Source: Oligoflexia bacterium | Lineage (GTDB): Bacteria; Bdellovibrionota_G; JALEGL01 | DNA: 64,000 bases | NCBI GenBank assembly: GCA_035326705.1 | Contig: DAOLES010000001.1 | Coordinates: 116,762-180,761, forward strand | Direction: 5' to 3' | Shown here: positions 38,861 through 48,081 of the stretch, one piece after another | How the letters are laid out: every line of letters begins with the position of its first letter | Position numbering within the stretch: the stretch's first letter is position 1 | Notes under the pieces: model-generated | What the model saw: only the letters and a program-made list of their open reading frames with translations | What the model was told of the DNA's origin: nothing | The model's database searches: none | Program-made: the position numbers and the translations under genes

Positions 38861-39727
38861 ATGTCAGCCAACATGATTGATGTAGAAATATTGAGAGCAA
38901 AAATAAAGACTGCAGTGGAATATTTATCAGATGCTAATGTAGCGAATATAAAAGCAAAATATCTCATTGTTTTGGGTTCTGGGCTCAGTGAAGCGATTGA
39001 TGATTGGGAAATGATTCATGCATTTGCATATAAAGAAATTCCCGGGTTTCCTGAACATATAATAGAGGGGCACAAAGGTGAAGTGAGGCTTTATAAAATT
39101 AATGGTAGTGATGACTATGCCTGGGTATTAACTGGAAGATTTCATAGTTATCAAGGTTATGACCCTGCTGAGTGTGCTATACCTATTAGAGTTGCTGCTG
39201 GATTAGGGGTGAGCCATGTTATTCTTACTTGTGCAGCTGGAGGAATTAATGAAAACTACAATCCAGGCGATATTATGTTCTTAAATGATCATATCAATAG
39301 TACTGGAATGAGTCCATTTAGAGGGCCAAATTTGGATGAGTTTGGACCAAGATTTTTAGATCTAACAGAAGTTTATGATGATGCTTTTTTACAAGACTTA
39401 AAAAGAGCTGCAAAACAAGCAGATATTTTTACCCAAGAAGGTGTTTATGTTTGGCACTGGGGCCCAGAGTACGAGACACCTGCAGAGATAAAGCGTTGGG
39501 CAATTTTAGGTGCAGATGCAATTGGAATGTCTATGGTTCCTGAAGCTATGGTGGCAAGACATCATCAGCTAAAAGTGGCAGGTATTGCTTGTATCAGCAA
39601 TAAAGCGGCAGGTATGTCAGAAAAAGGAAGAAAAGGTAAGCTTGACCATAAAGAAGTATTAGAGGTTGGTCAGCAAAGCAGCCAAAAGCTCAAAAATATT
39701 TTAAATCAGTATTTTCAAAAAAATTAA
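38861..39727 (+). CDS. Purine nucleoside phosphorylase, PNP/MTAP family 2
   Basis: GSGLS…GRFHSYQGY…LTCAAGGIN…GDIMFLNDHIN motifs of PNP-I/MTAP enzymes. ATG at 38861 preferred over the track's TTG at 38837. Confidence 0.75.
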   Translation: MSANMIDVEILRAKIKTAVEYLSDANVANIKAKYLIVLGSGLSEAIDDWEMIHAFAYKEIPGFPEHIIEGHKGEVRLYKINGSDDYAWVLTGRFHSYQGYDPAECAIPIRVAAGLGVSHVILTCAAGGINENYNPGDIMFLNDHINSTGMSPFRGPNLDEFGPRFLDLTEVYDDAFLQDLKRAAKQADIFTQEGVYVWHWGPEYETPAEIKRWAILGADAIGMSMVPEAMVARHHQLKVAGIACISNKAAGMSEKGRKGKLDHKEVLEVGQQSSQKLKNILNQYFQKN

Positions 39728-39734
39728 GAGGTAG

Positions 39735-40289
39735 ATGACTATGTTAGATTATCCAAAAGATTACTTTTTACCTGCACTTATTAGCCAAGAACAACTAAAA
39801 AAGAAAATACATGAATTAGGACAGCAAATTACAAGAGACTATCAAGATAAAGAGATTTTATGTATTGGTGTTTTAAACGGAGCAGTTCAATTTTTAGTGC
39901 ATTTAATTGAAGAAATTAAATTACCGCTTAATATAGATTTTATATCAGTCTCAAGTTATGGCGACTCAACTGAATCAAGTGGAAAACTATCGTGGCGTCT
40001 TAACTTATTGCAAGATATTAGCAATAAACATGTGATTATTGTTGAGGATATTATTGATACCGGCATTACATTGCATGAGGTTAAAAAAGAGTTTTTAAAG
40101 CAAAATCCAAAGTCATTAAAGATAGCGTCACTGTTCTCTAAACCTTCGAGACGAGAAATAGATGTAGATATAGATTATCTTGGGTTTGAAATTGAAAATC
40201 ATTATGTTGTCGGCTTTGGCTTTGATTATCAAGGCTATTACAGAAACTTACCGCACGTAGCAATCCTGCCTGAAGACAGGTACAAATAA
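39735..40289 (+). CDS. hpt: Hypoxanthine-guanine phosphoribosyltransferase
   Basis: PRPP-binding motif VIIVEDIIDTGIT. 184 aa. Confidence 0.9.
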   Translation: MTMLDYPKDYFLPALISQEQLKKKIHELGQQITRDYQDKEILCIGVLNGAVQFLVHLIEEIKLPLNIDFISVSSYGDSTESSGKLSWRLNLLQDISNKHVIIVEDIIDTGITLHEVKKEFLKQNPKSLKIASLFSKPSRREIDVDIDYLGFEIENHYVVGFGFDYQGYYRNLPHVAILPEDRYK

Positions 40290-40330
40290 TAATTATAGAT
40301 TAATGATTAATCATAACTTTTTCATGTAAT

Positions 40331-40369
40331 AAAAAAAGCCTATGCAGTTTTCAGTGCATAGGCTTTTTT
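40331..40369. terminator. Bidirectional rho-independent terminator, copy 2 (identical 38-nt core to 37856-37893)
   Basis: Same AGCCTATGCA/TGCATAGGCT hairpin with flanking A- and T-tracts. Lies between convergent hpt and rpsD. Confidence 0.75.
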
Positions 40370-40391
40370 AAAGGATATTGTAAAGAACAGC

Positions 40392-41012
40392 TTATTTAAC
40401 CAATCTAGAATAATACTCGATGACCATTGGAATTTCCACTACAAATGGAAAGTCTTCTCTACCCGGTGTTGAGGTTAAGGTTGCTGTCATGTTTGCATCA
40501 TCATAACGTGACCATTCTGGGTGGTTGCCAGTTGCTTTGCGTTCTTCAACTTCAGACTGAACAAAAATCATTTTTTTACCTTTTTCAGTCAAAGATATTT
40601 CTTCACCTTGTTTGGTTTGGTAAGAGGCAACATCTACACGTTTACCATTGACTAAGATTTTACCATGAGCTACCAATTGACGAGCAGCTGCAATTGAAGG
40701 AGCAAAACCAACGCAATATACAACGTTGTCTAAACGTCTTTCTAAAATATCTAACAAGTTTTTACCAGGATCACCTTTTTTACGGAAAGACTGAGAAACA
40801 GCTCTTCTTAATTGTCTTTCACCTAAACCGTAGTTGTAACGTACTTTTTGCTTTTCAATTAGCTGTGTACCATATACACTTTTCTTTTTCCGTTTATCAC
40901 CATGTTGTCCTGGTGGGTAAGGGCGACGCTCTGGTCTTTTTCTTGATAGACCGGGCAAATCTGCACCCAGTGCACGCATAACTTTCAATCTTGGTCCTGT
41001 ATATCTTGCCAT
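40392..41012 (-). CDS. rpsD: 30S ribosomal protein S4
   Basis: MARYTGPRLK…S4 domain. 206 aa. Confidence 0.95.
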   Translation of the reverse strand: MARYTGPRLKVMRALGADLPGLSRKRPERRPYPPGQHGDKRKKKSVYGTQLIEKQKVRYNYGLGERQLRRAVSQSFRKKGDPGKNLLDILERRLDNVVYCVGFAPSIAAARQLVAHGKILVNGKRVDVASYQTKQGEEISLTEKGKKMIFVQSEVEERKATGNHPEWSRYDDANMTATLTSTPGREDFPFVVEIPMVIEYYSRLVK

Positions 41013-41140
41013 TTAAGTTTCCTTATACATGAGCTTTTTGCTCGTAAAATCAGTAATTTATATTCAATAATGTATCCCAAAAATCTATTTGGAAGTAGTC
41101 GTAGATATCATGTTGAGAGCCATTGTCAAGCCTGATAAGA

Positions 41141-41770
41141 TTATTTTTTACTCAGTCTTGAGCTTATAACGCCACCAAAGACTGGAATAAGTGAGATGAA
41201 GATAATCAGTAAAACAGCTTTTTCAAAGTTTTGTTTAATAATGGGTACATTGCCTAAAAAGTAACCTGCCATAGTCATTGAGGTGATCCATGCAATACCA
41301 CCAAATATATTATAACTAACAAACTTTTTATAATTCATATTTGCCATGCCAGCCACAAAGGGAGCAAAAGTCCTTACAATTGGAACAAAACGCGCCAATA
41401 CAATGGTTTTACCACCATGCTTATTGTAAAACGCTTGAGTTTTTTCAAGGTGAGACTTTTTAAAAAAAAGAGAATTGTCTTTGAATTGTATACGGTCCCC
41501 TGAGGTTCTACCTAAAAAATAGCCAACCGTATCCCCTACAATGGCCGCAATAATCAGTAAAATATTAAGCCAAACAATATTTAGAATGCCCGTACTTGCT
41601 GCAAATCCAGTAATGAACAAAAGGGAATCACCAGGGAAAAAAAAACCAATTAATAAGCCTGTCTCTGCAAAAATAATGGCAAATAAAATAGGATAGGATA
41701 ACCACCCCCAGTTTTCCATAAATATAGGGAGCTGTTGTAAGTCGAAGAGGGTTTTTATTTGTTCTATCAT
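41141..41770 (-). CDS. DedA/SNARE-associated family membrane protein
   Basis: FFPGDSLLF and GRF motifs of DedA proteins. 4-nt overlap with upstream NhaC-family gene. Confidence 0.8.
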   Translation of the reverse strand: MIEQIKTLFDLQQLPIFMENWGWLSYPILFAIIFAETGLLIGFFFPGDSLLFITGFAASTGILNIVWLNILLIIAAIVGDTVGYFLGRTSGDRIQFKDNSLFFKKSHLEKTQAFYNKHGGKTIVLARFVPIVRTFAPFVAGMANMNYKKFVSYNIFGGIAWITSMTMAGYFLGNVPIIKQNFEKAVLLIIFISLIPVFGGVISSRLSKK

Positions 41771-43347
41771 GAGGGGTCGCTTGCGTTAGTTTTTCCAAAA
41801 ATATTGACAGTTGCAATTAATATTACAATTCCTAACAATAAGCTAATAAAGGGTGAAAAACCCAAAATTAATGCAGATTCTCCCACCAATAAACCCACTA
41901 ATGCAACCAATAAAGCATAGGGAAGTTGGGTTTGAACGTGGGTCATTAAATTACACTCTGATGAAGAAGCTGACATTACGGTTGTATCAGAAATTGGAGA
42001 ACAATGATCTCCAAAAATAGATCCAGCTAATACTGAACCAACGCTTGCGGTTACCAACATTTGAATATCTGCGGGACTTATGCCAGACTCAGAAGCTATA
42101 GAGTAAGCCAATGGAGCTGAAATAGGCATGATGATTGCCATGGTTCCATAACTTGTTCCAGTAGCAAAAGAAACAATTGCCGCAGTTAAAAAGGTCATAG
42201 CTGGAATAAAGTAAGGTGAAATCTTGCCTTGCAAGAGTTGTAAAATATACTCAGCACTTTTTAAGTCTTTAGTGACTTGCGCTAAGGCCCATGCCAAAAC
42301 CAAAATAACACAAGCAGGAAGCATGCTCTCAAAACCATTCATGATAGCTTGCATAGACTTTTCTGTATTTAAGGTTTTTCCAAATAAGCTAAAAAGAATG
42401 GTAAACACTAAACTTAAACTTGTTCCCCAAATTAAGCTTTTGTATGCATCAGCATTACCTAAAGCTTCTTGAAGAAAACCAATTCCACTCAAACCATGAT
42501 TTTGGCCAAGAGATTGATAACCAGTAATAAACAAGCTGGTTAAACACGATAAAATTAAAAACAATAAAGGAACAATCGCAAAAATACTGGAAGATGTGTT
42601 GTTATAGATATCATCGTGACTTGTATCAATGCGGGTGCTGATATCAATGGGTGAGTCACTCAGCTTTGAATACTTTGCCATGGTCCAAAGATCTTTACCT
42701 TTGTAGATAGTGTAAAATACAAAAAAGATCATGAGTAAAGGGTAAAATCTATAAGGCAAAGAGTTGATAAACATTTGATAGGCACTGACAGGACTCTCAA
42801 AATGCATATCTTTTAAGGCATCACCAATGAGACCCACTTCTGTACTGATCCAAGTTGATACCAAGGCAATACTTGCAATGGGAGCACTGGTAGCATCAAC
42901 AATGAAAGCCAGTTTTTCTCTTGATATTTTATACTTGTCATATAGGGGACGCATGGTTTTACCTAAGATTAAACTATTGGCATAATCATCAAAGAAAATA
43001 CAAAGACCAAGAAACCAAGTACTCAGCTGAATACTTTTAGCACCTTTAGCTTTTGAACTGATCCAGTTGACCATAGCACGAGTGCCACCATTATATTGAA
43101 TGAGACTGCTAATAGCTCCAATAAAAAGAGTACTGATTAATATTGCTGCATGGTCACCGTCGCCCAAAGCATTTAATAAATAGGTATCAAAGCTTTTAAA
43201 AAAAGCAGAAAAGATACTGCCATCATGCAATAAAAACGCACCCAACCAAATACCTGCCAACAAAGAAATATAGACTTGCTTGGTAACAAAACCTAAAATA
43301 ATAGCTAAAATAGGAGGTAATAAACTGCTAAAGCTTGGATTATTCAT
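41767..43347 (-). CDS. NhaC-family Na+/H+ antiporter-like transporter
   Basis: 526 aa polytopic protein with NhaC-like N- and C-terminal repeats. Family call moderate. Confidence 0.6.
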   Translation of the reverse strand: MNNPSFSSLLPPILAIILGFVTKQVYISLLAGIWLGAFLLHDGSIFSAFFKSFDTYLLNALGDGDHAAILISTLFIGAISSLIQYNGGTRAMVNWISSKAKGAKSIQLSTWFLGLCIFFDDYANSLILGKTMRPLYDKYKISREKLAFIVDATSAPIASIALVSTWISTEVGLIGDALKDMHFESPVSAYQMFINSLPYRFYPLLMIFFVFYTIYKGKDLWTMAKYSKLSDSPIDISTRIDTSHDDIYNNTSSSIFAIVPLLFLILSCLTSLFITGYQSLGQNHGLSGIGFLQEALGNADAYKSLIWGTSLSLVFTILFSLFGKTLNTEKSMQAIMNGFESMLPACVILVLAWALAQVTKDLKSAEYILQLLQGKISPYFIPAMTFLTAAIVSFATGTSYGTMAIIMPISAPLAYSIASESGISPADIQMLVTASVGSVLAGSIFGDHCSPISDTTVMSASSSECNLMTHVQTQLPYALLVALVGLLVGESALILGFSPFISLLLGIVILIATVNIFGKTNASDPS

Positions 43348-44521
43348 AACTTATCTCCTTAATAGTTTTATGAGTATTTGTCATATTTTTGTAATGATTA
43401 TTTTGGATAAAGTTTTTTTTGATTGGACAATGACCAAGACGGGTCATTATATTGTATGAAACTGTATTTTCCCATCCAGCAAGGTCATCAAAACCAATTT
43501 GTTCGTTTCCTTGTTGACCAATTAAGATGACATCGTCATCTAATTTAACATTTTGAATTTGACTTACATCGATCATACATGCATCCATTGCATTACCGCC
43601 AACGATAGGAGCTTTTTGCCCATGGATTAACACATAACCTTTGTTTCTTATTCTTGGGTAGCCTTGGCCATAACCTAAAGGTATTGCAGCAATAATTGCA
43701 GTAGATTTTACTTTGTAATGCATTCCGTAACCAATACAGTCGCCTGGGTAAAATTTTTTAATAGAACATATTTTTGTTTTCAAAGTTAAGATAGGTTCTA
43801 ACTCTTTAAGCTGTCGACAGGTATTTGAAGGGTGGAGTCCAGATAAAAGGATACCAAGCCGTACCATGTCAAAGTGAGCCATAGGTATGTCCAAATAACC
43901 ACCTGAATTACAAGCATGAACTATTGGTTTATTCTGCTTTATAAATGAAGATATACTGTTAAGGCAGAGTTTAAAGCGTGAAAGTTGTAAGTTGGCATAG
44001 TCTTTATTATTTGCATCAGACTGGGCAAAATGAGTCATTAACCCTGAGATAATAAGGTTAGGATAATTTAGAATTTGATTGAAAAAAAAATTAAAATCAT
44101 TGTGACGTACTCCAAACCTTCCAAGACCCGTATCAATATTAATATGACAATGAGTAACTTTTCCAAGTTTAGAAGAAATTTTATTTGAATACTGAGCTTG
44201 CCATAATGTGGAAATTGTAAAAATAAAACCGTTATCAATACAGTAGGGGATGCTTTGTAAACTAGGTTCACCTAGAACAAGAATGGGTGTGTTTTTTGCG
44301 TAGGGTTTTATTTTTAAAGCTTCAGTTATATTGGCCACAGCAAACATATAAGGATTTAAATGCTTTGTTAAAAAACTAACCATTTGACATGCATCGTGAC
44401 CATAAGCGTTGTCCTTGACTACACAGCAGATCTTTAGGTTTTTTGGCATATCTTGAGTTATAATTTTAAGATTATTCTTAAGTGCATCAAAATTAATATC
44501 AATTTGGTTGGGTGAAATCAT
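43340..44521 (-). CDS. Alanine-racemase-family PLP enzyme (fold type III)
   Basis: CVVKDNAYGHD (PLP-lysine motif AVVKANAYGHG). MTHFA, IPLGYGQGYPR and GGNAMDACMIDV motifs. Start set at MISPNQ (alignment with Alr N-terminus). Track ORF extends to 44608. Confidence 0.75.
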   Translation of the reverse strand: MISPNQIDINFDALKNNLKIITQDMPKNLKICCVVKDNAYGHDACQMVSFLTKHLNPYMFAVANITEALKIKPYAKNTPILVLGEPSLQSIPYCIDNGFIFTISTLWQAQYSNKISSKLGKVTHCHINIDTGLGRFGVRHNDFNFFFNQILNYPNLIISGLMTHFAQSDANNKDYANLQLSRFKLCLNSISSFIKQNKPIVHACNSGGYLDIPMAHFDMVRLGILLSGLHPSNTCRQLKELEPILTLKTKICSIKKFYPGDCIGYGMHYKVKSTAIIAAIPLGYGQGYPRIRNKGYVLIHGQKAPIVGGNAMDACMIDVSQIQNVKLDDDVILIGQQGNEQIGFDDLAGWENTVSYNIMTRLGHCPIKKNFIQNNHYKNMTNTHKTIKEISYE

Positions 44522-44531
44522 GTAGTGTCTC

Positions 44532-45734
44532 TTATAAAGGCCAAAGGGTTTTACCAATATCGGTTCTATAAAAACTTCCATAAGACTGAATATCTTTTGC
44601 ATAGTCATATAGCTTCTTTAAACAAGCGTTTAAATTATCATCTGATGCAATGATGTTAACAATACTGTGACCTTGTTTTGCATGTAAAGAGTTCCCTTTT
44701 TTAATGACATCCTCCCAAAAATAAGCACAGTCAGCATGTGTTTTTTTTTGAATAGGATAATGATAGTGTTGGTTTTTATTTGGATATTGGTGCGATACGA
44801 TATGAAGTAGACATGAATAAGTTTTATTTGCTTTAATTTTTATATCAAAAGCTTTACTAAGGTGTAGTTTTTTAAAAGTATTAAAAAAATTATCTATACT
44901 TAGCATAATCATGGGGCCAGAACTAACGCCCAAACGAGTGTTAAATTCTAATACCTGCCATAGATTATTGCTTCTTATTGCAGTTACTTGCAAAGGACCG
45001 CAATAATTAATTTTTTTAAACCAAGGTTTAAGTGGTGTAATAAGTTGCTTCACCAATTGGTAACGATCATTTTGATCCATTTCAATAAGTCCACCCATTG
45101 GTGTAGATAATGTTTCACCTAAATTGCCTGTGTATAGTTTTTTATACTCTTGGTTGGTGCATAGAGGATAAATCTTTCCATGGTTGATAAATACCGTATG
45201 ACCGGCTTCATTTTGTCCAGCATACTTTTGCAAAAAAACACCATCGCTGCAGTCAGTTTGCTTTAATAAGGTCAGTGTTTGTGCATAACTGGTACAAACA
45301 GTTGTTTTTACTTTACTCATTGGAGATGAAAATCTATTTTTAATGACATAGGCGGCAGGATTTTTTTTTATGAAATTTAAGGCATTGTTTTGATTGCAAA
45401 AAGCATAAGAATCAACAAAAGCTATATTGTATGTATCACATAAAGTTTTAGCAAAAAATCGATCTTTTTCAATTGCTAGGGCATGTTGATTCACGGCTAA
45501 CGTTTTTATATTGTGTGTTTTAAGGAAAGCTTCATCTATAAAATCACGCCAGTTTATGGATGTCGGGTATAAGTAATCTATACGATGTTGAATAATGTAA
45601 TCATGTAGATCTTTTTTAGTTAAGACATCATGCGTTGACAAGTAATGTATGTCTAGATTTTTATTGTTAGATTCACAGTTTTTAAGGGCTTCATACAAAA
45701 TATTATTGCCTAGAATGAGTAAACGTTGTTGCAT
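44532..45734 (-). CDS. PurD-like (phosphoribosylamine-glycine ligase family) ATP-grasp enzyme, divergent
   Basis: QEYKKLYTGNLGETLSTPMGG vs PurD QDHKRVGDKDTGPNTGGMG. VLEFNTRLGVSSGPMIM vs PurD VIEFNCRFGDPETQPIM. N-terminal GGREHA motif replaced by NNILYEA. Confidence 0.55.
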   Translation of the reverse strand: MQQRLLILGNNILYEALKNCESNNKNLDIHYLSTHDVLTKKDLHDYIIQHRIDYLYPTSINWRDFIDEAFLKTHNIKTLAVNQHALAIEKDRFFAKTLCDTYNIAFVDSYAFCNQNNALNFIKKNPAAYVIKNRFSSPMSKVKTTVCTSYAQTLTLLKQTDCSDGVFLQKYAGQNEAGHTVFINHGKIYPLCTNQEYKKLYTGNLGETLSTPMGGLIEMDQNDRYQLVKQLITPLKPWFKKINYCGPLQVTAIRSNNLWQVLEFNTRLGVSSGPMIMLSIDNFFNTFKKLHLSKAFDIKIKANKTYSCLLHIVSHQYPNKNQHYHYPIQKKTHADCAYFWEDVIKKGNSLHAKQGHSIVNIIASDDNLNACLKKLYDYAKDIQSYGSFYRTDIGKTLWPL

Positions 45735-45773
45735 AAGCTTGCTCCAAATTTTTTAATGAAAAATCTCAGGCTA

Positions 45774-46757
45774 CTAAGATAGCTGTTGGTACAAAAAATT
45801 TAAGTGTTGTTTGAGATCAGATTTTGTTAGATCATGAATCTCTGTACTATGTTTGTGAAAAATAAACTTAATGTGTGAAAGGTTTGTGTTTTTCTGTAAG
45901 ACTTTAAAGGTTTCTTTAGGTTTGTTGTTAGGATTACCTACAACAATAATTTTGTACAAACCATTGATTTGTTGCTGGTATAAAATACCAATAAGAGATT
46001 GATTGTTGCTAAGATTGGTGTGAATTTCAGTTGTTAGATTTTTTTTAACGGGGGAGGTGAGAAAAAGTTTTATTTGATGGTCTTGGGCATATTGTATCGC
46101 TTTTTCATGAATAACAGGGCTGGTATTTTTAGAGAATAATTTTAATTGTTCGTAATCTAGATTAGATATTATTTTTGCTTCTTTGACCATCTTAGGATTG
46201 CAAATGTATAAGGGACCAGGGTTTTTTAAAAAAATACATTGTTCAGCATTATAAAGATGTGCAAGATGAACCGCGCTTACATCCGAGCAATCAAAGCTCA
46301 TGGCTTGATAGCCACATTGTTTTGAGTGGCCAATGAAGCCAGGGATGATAGGTATTATGTTTTTAGTTAAACACTGTGATATAAGATTTTGATTAATTGT
46401 ATCGATTTCCCATTCATTGTTATTTTTCTGCAGGTGTATAGGTGTTTGCTCAAAAATCAATGCTTTGGATTTTAGCTGACTTTGATTAATATAAGTTTCA
46501 ATGAGATTGCATGAAAAAAACTCTGCATGACAAAAAACATTGTTGTAATCATTTTGATGATTTGGACTAAGGTTCTCAACAATTTTTTTAATTTTTCTAC
46601 TATGCCCAGATAAGGCTGAAGCAAGGAGAATGATTTGTTTATTCTGCTTTTGTAAGTGGCTTAAGAAATCAATAATTTTTGGCAATGTGTTTTTTAGGTC
46701 TTTGCTTTTACCTAAGCTAGATTCACCTAACTTAACAACAACAATATCGTGATGCAT
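45774..46757 (-). CDS. Amino-acid-kinase (AAK) family protein, aspartokinase-like catalytic domain without ACT domains
   Basis: N-terminal IVVVKLGESSLG (cf. VVxKFGGTSV) and IPIIPGFIG (cf. VPVVTGFIG). Confidence 0.45.
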   Translation of the reverse strand: MHHDIVVVKLGESSLGKSKDLKNTLPKIIDFLSHLQKQNKQIILLASALSGHSRKIKKIVENLSPNHQNDYNNVFCHAEFFSCNLIETYINQSQLKSKALIFEQTPIHLQKNNNEWEIDTINQNLISQCLTKNIIPIIPGFIGHSKQCGYQAMSFDCSDVSAVHLAHLYNAEQCIFLKNPGPLYICNPKMVKEAKIISNLDYEQLKLFSKNTSPVIHEKAIQYAQDHQIKLFLTSPVKKNLTTEIHTNLSNNQSLIGILYQQQINGLYKIIVVGNPNNKPKETFKVLQKNTNLSHIKFIFHKHSTEIHDLTKSDLKQHLNFLYQQLS

Positions 46758-46959
46758 GTGTCTGTCCTCAGATTTAAAATTTTATAGGGTAAAAGTCTAT
46801 TTGGACTAAGCGATCAGCTTACTCAATTGATATCAAAAAAAAATATCATGTCAATCATTTTATCTTGCATAATCTTAAAAAAAAATAGAGTGTTAATTTA
46901 AGCAGACTGCTTTTGCGCTGAGCGCCAATAAAACCTTATAAATTAAGGAGCTCAGTATC

Positions 46960-48063
46960 ATGCAAGAAAATCGTTTCTCATCCTATTTTAATACATTGAA
47001 ATATTATGAAATATTAAATGAGTCTGGTTGTATAAATCAAAAAAATGATTGGTTTTTACATTTGCTGATAGTTGGAGATAAGCACTCTAAAATCATACAA
47101 TGTAAGAGTCTAAAAAGTTTAAAACCTTACTCCAATAAAAACGATGCGATTACACCTTTTTTTATAAGACATTTTTCAAATGATGATTTTTCACATGATG
47201 ATTTTTGTCTTAATCATTATGAAAAAGTAACAAAAAATATATACTATCCCAAAATACAACTTTGTTTACCTTATGTTCCTATTGAGGGGGATAAACTAAT
47301 CTTTAATAATATGATGAATGAGCGCAATACAATAAAAATGTATTCTTTGCTTTTAGCTTGGGCAAAACATAAAAAATATAATTCGATACATGTCACTTTA
47401 CCAAAGCAACAAGATTATAAAATTCTTAAAAATATAGGTTTTTTTAGCTCACAAAAACAACTGTGTTATTGGTATAATAAAAGTTATAAAAACTTTGATG
47501 ATTTTTTAAACAAACTTAAATCTAAATACCGTTGCCAAATCAAAAAAGAAAGAACTCATATAGAAGATAAAGGTTACCTGAGCCATAGTGTTACAGGCAA
47601 TGAACTAAAAAAAAGTCATATTGATTTATTTTGGCAATTGTTTGAATTAACCCATTATAGAAAAAACTGGATCATGTCTAAATTAAACAAACAGTTTTTT
47701 TATCAAGCATGGCTAAAAAGTCCCAATCATATTGTTTTGAATTTTTTAACAAAAGATAAAAAAACCGTTGCTGTATCATGGTCTTTCCTGCATGAGAACA
47801 TGTTATGTGGTCGTTTTTGGGGAAGTCTTTTTGATCATGACTATGTTCATTTTGAAGTTATGTATTATTTGCTGATAGACTATGCAATTAAACATAATCT
47901 TAATAGCATAGAAATAGGGTTTGCTAACTTACATAAAATAATTAGAGGTTTTGAACCGCAATCAAGATGTAATTTTCACTATTTTTTTGATGACAAATAC
48001 AATCAAGATTTAAAAAATTATTCAGTAAAGCATCAGAACTATAAAAATATTTTTTTACAATGA
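46960..48063 (+). CDS. DUF482 / BioF2-like (FemAB-type GNAT-fold) acyltransferase family protein
   Basis: DFLNKLKSKYRCQIKKERTHIEDKG and LCGRFWGSLFDHDYVHFEVMYYLLIDYAIKHNLNSIEIGFANLHKIIRGFEP closely follow the PF04339 consensus. AAGGAG RBS. Confidence 0.6.
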   Translation: MQENRFSSYFNTLKYYEILNESGCINQKNDWFLHLLIVGDKHSKIIQCKSLKSLKPYSNKNDAITPFFIRHFSNDDFSHDDFCLNHYEKVTKNIYYPKIQLCLPYVPIEGDKLIFNNMMNERNTIKMYSLLLAWAKHKKYNSIHVTLPKQQDYKILKNIGFFSSQKQLCYWYNKSYKNFDDFLNKLKSKYRCQIKKERTHIEDKGYLSHSVTGNELKKSHIDLFWQLFELTHYRKNWIMSKLNKQFFYQAWLKSPNHIVLNFLTKDKKTVAVSWSFLHENMLCGRFWGSLFDHDYVHFEVMYYLLIDYAIKHNLNSIEIGFANLHKIIRGFEPQSRCNFHYFFDDKYNQDLKNYSVKHQNYKNIFLQ

Positions 48064-48081
48064 GAAAAACTTTGCGATTTA

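Noticed and set aside
40427-40981. ORFs 40427-40651 and 40694-40981 (+) inside rpsD
   Set aside because: Antisense to ribosomal protein S4, which is unambiguous.
44532-45734. Considered calling the PurD-like gene a bona fide purD (de novo purine synthesis)
   Set aside because: The N-terminal GGREHA substrate-binding motif is not conserved. Neighbours are an AAK kinase and a racemase rather than pur genes. The window otherwise shows salvage (hpt, PNP, nupC). Kept as PurD-like ATP-grasp of uncertain substrate.
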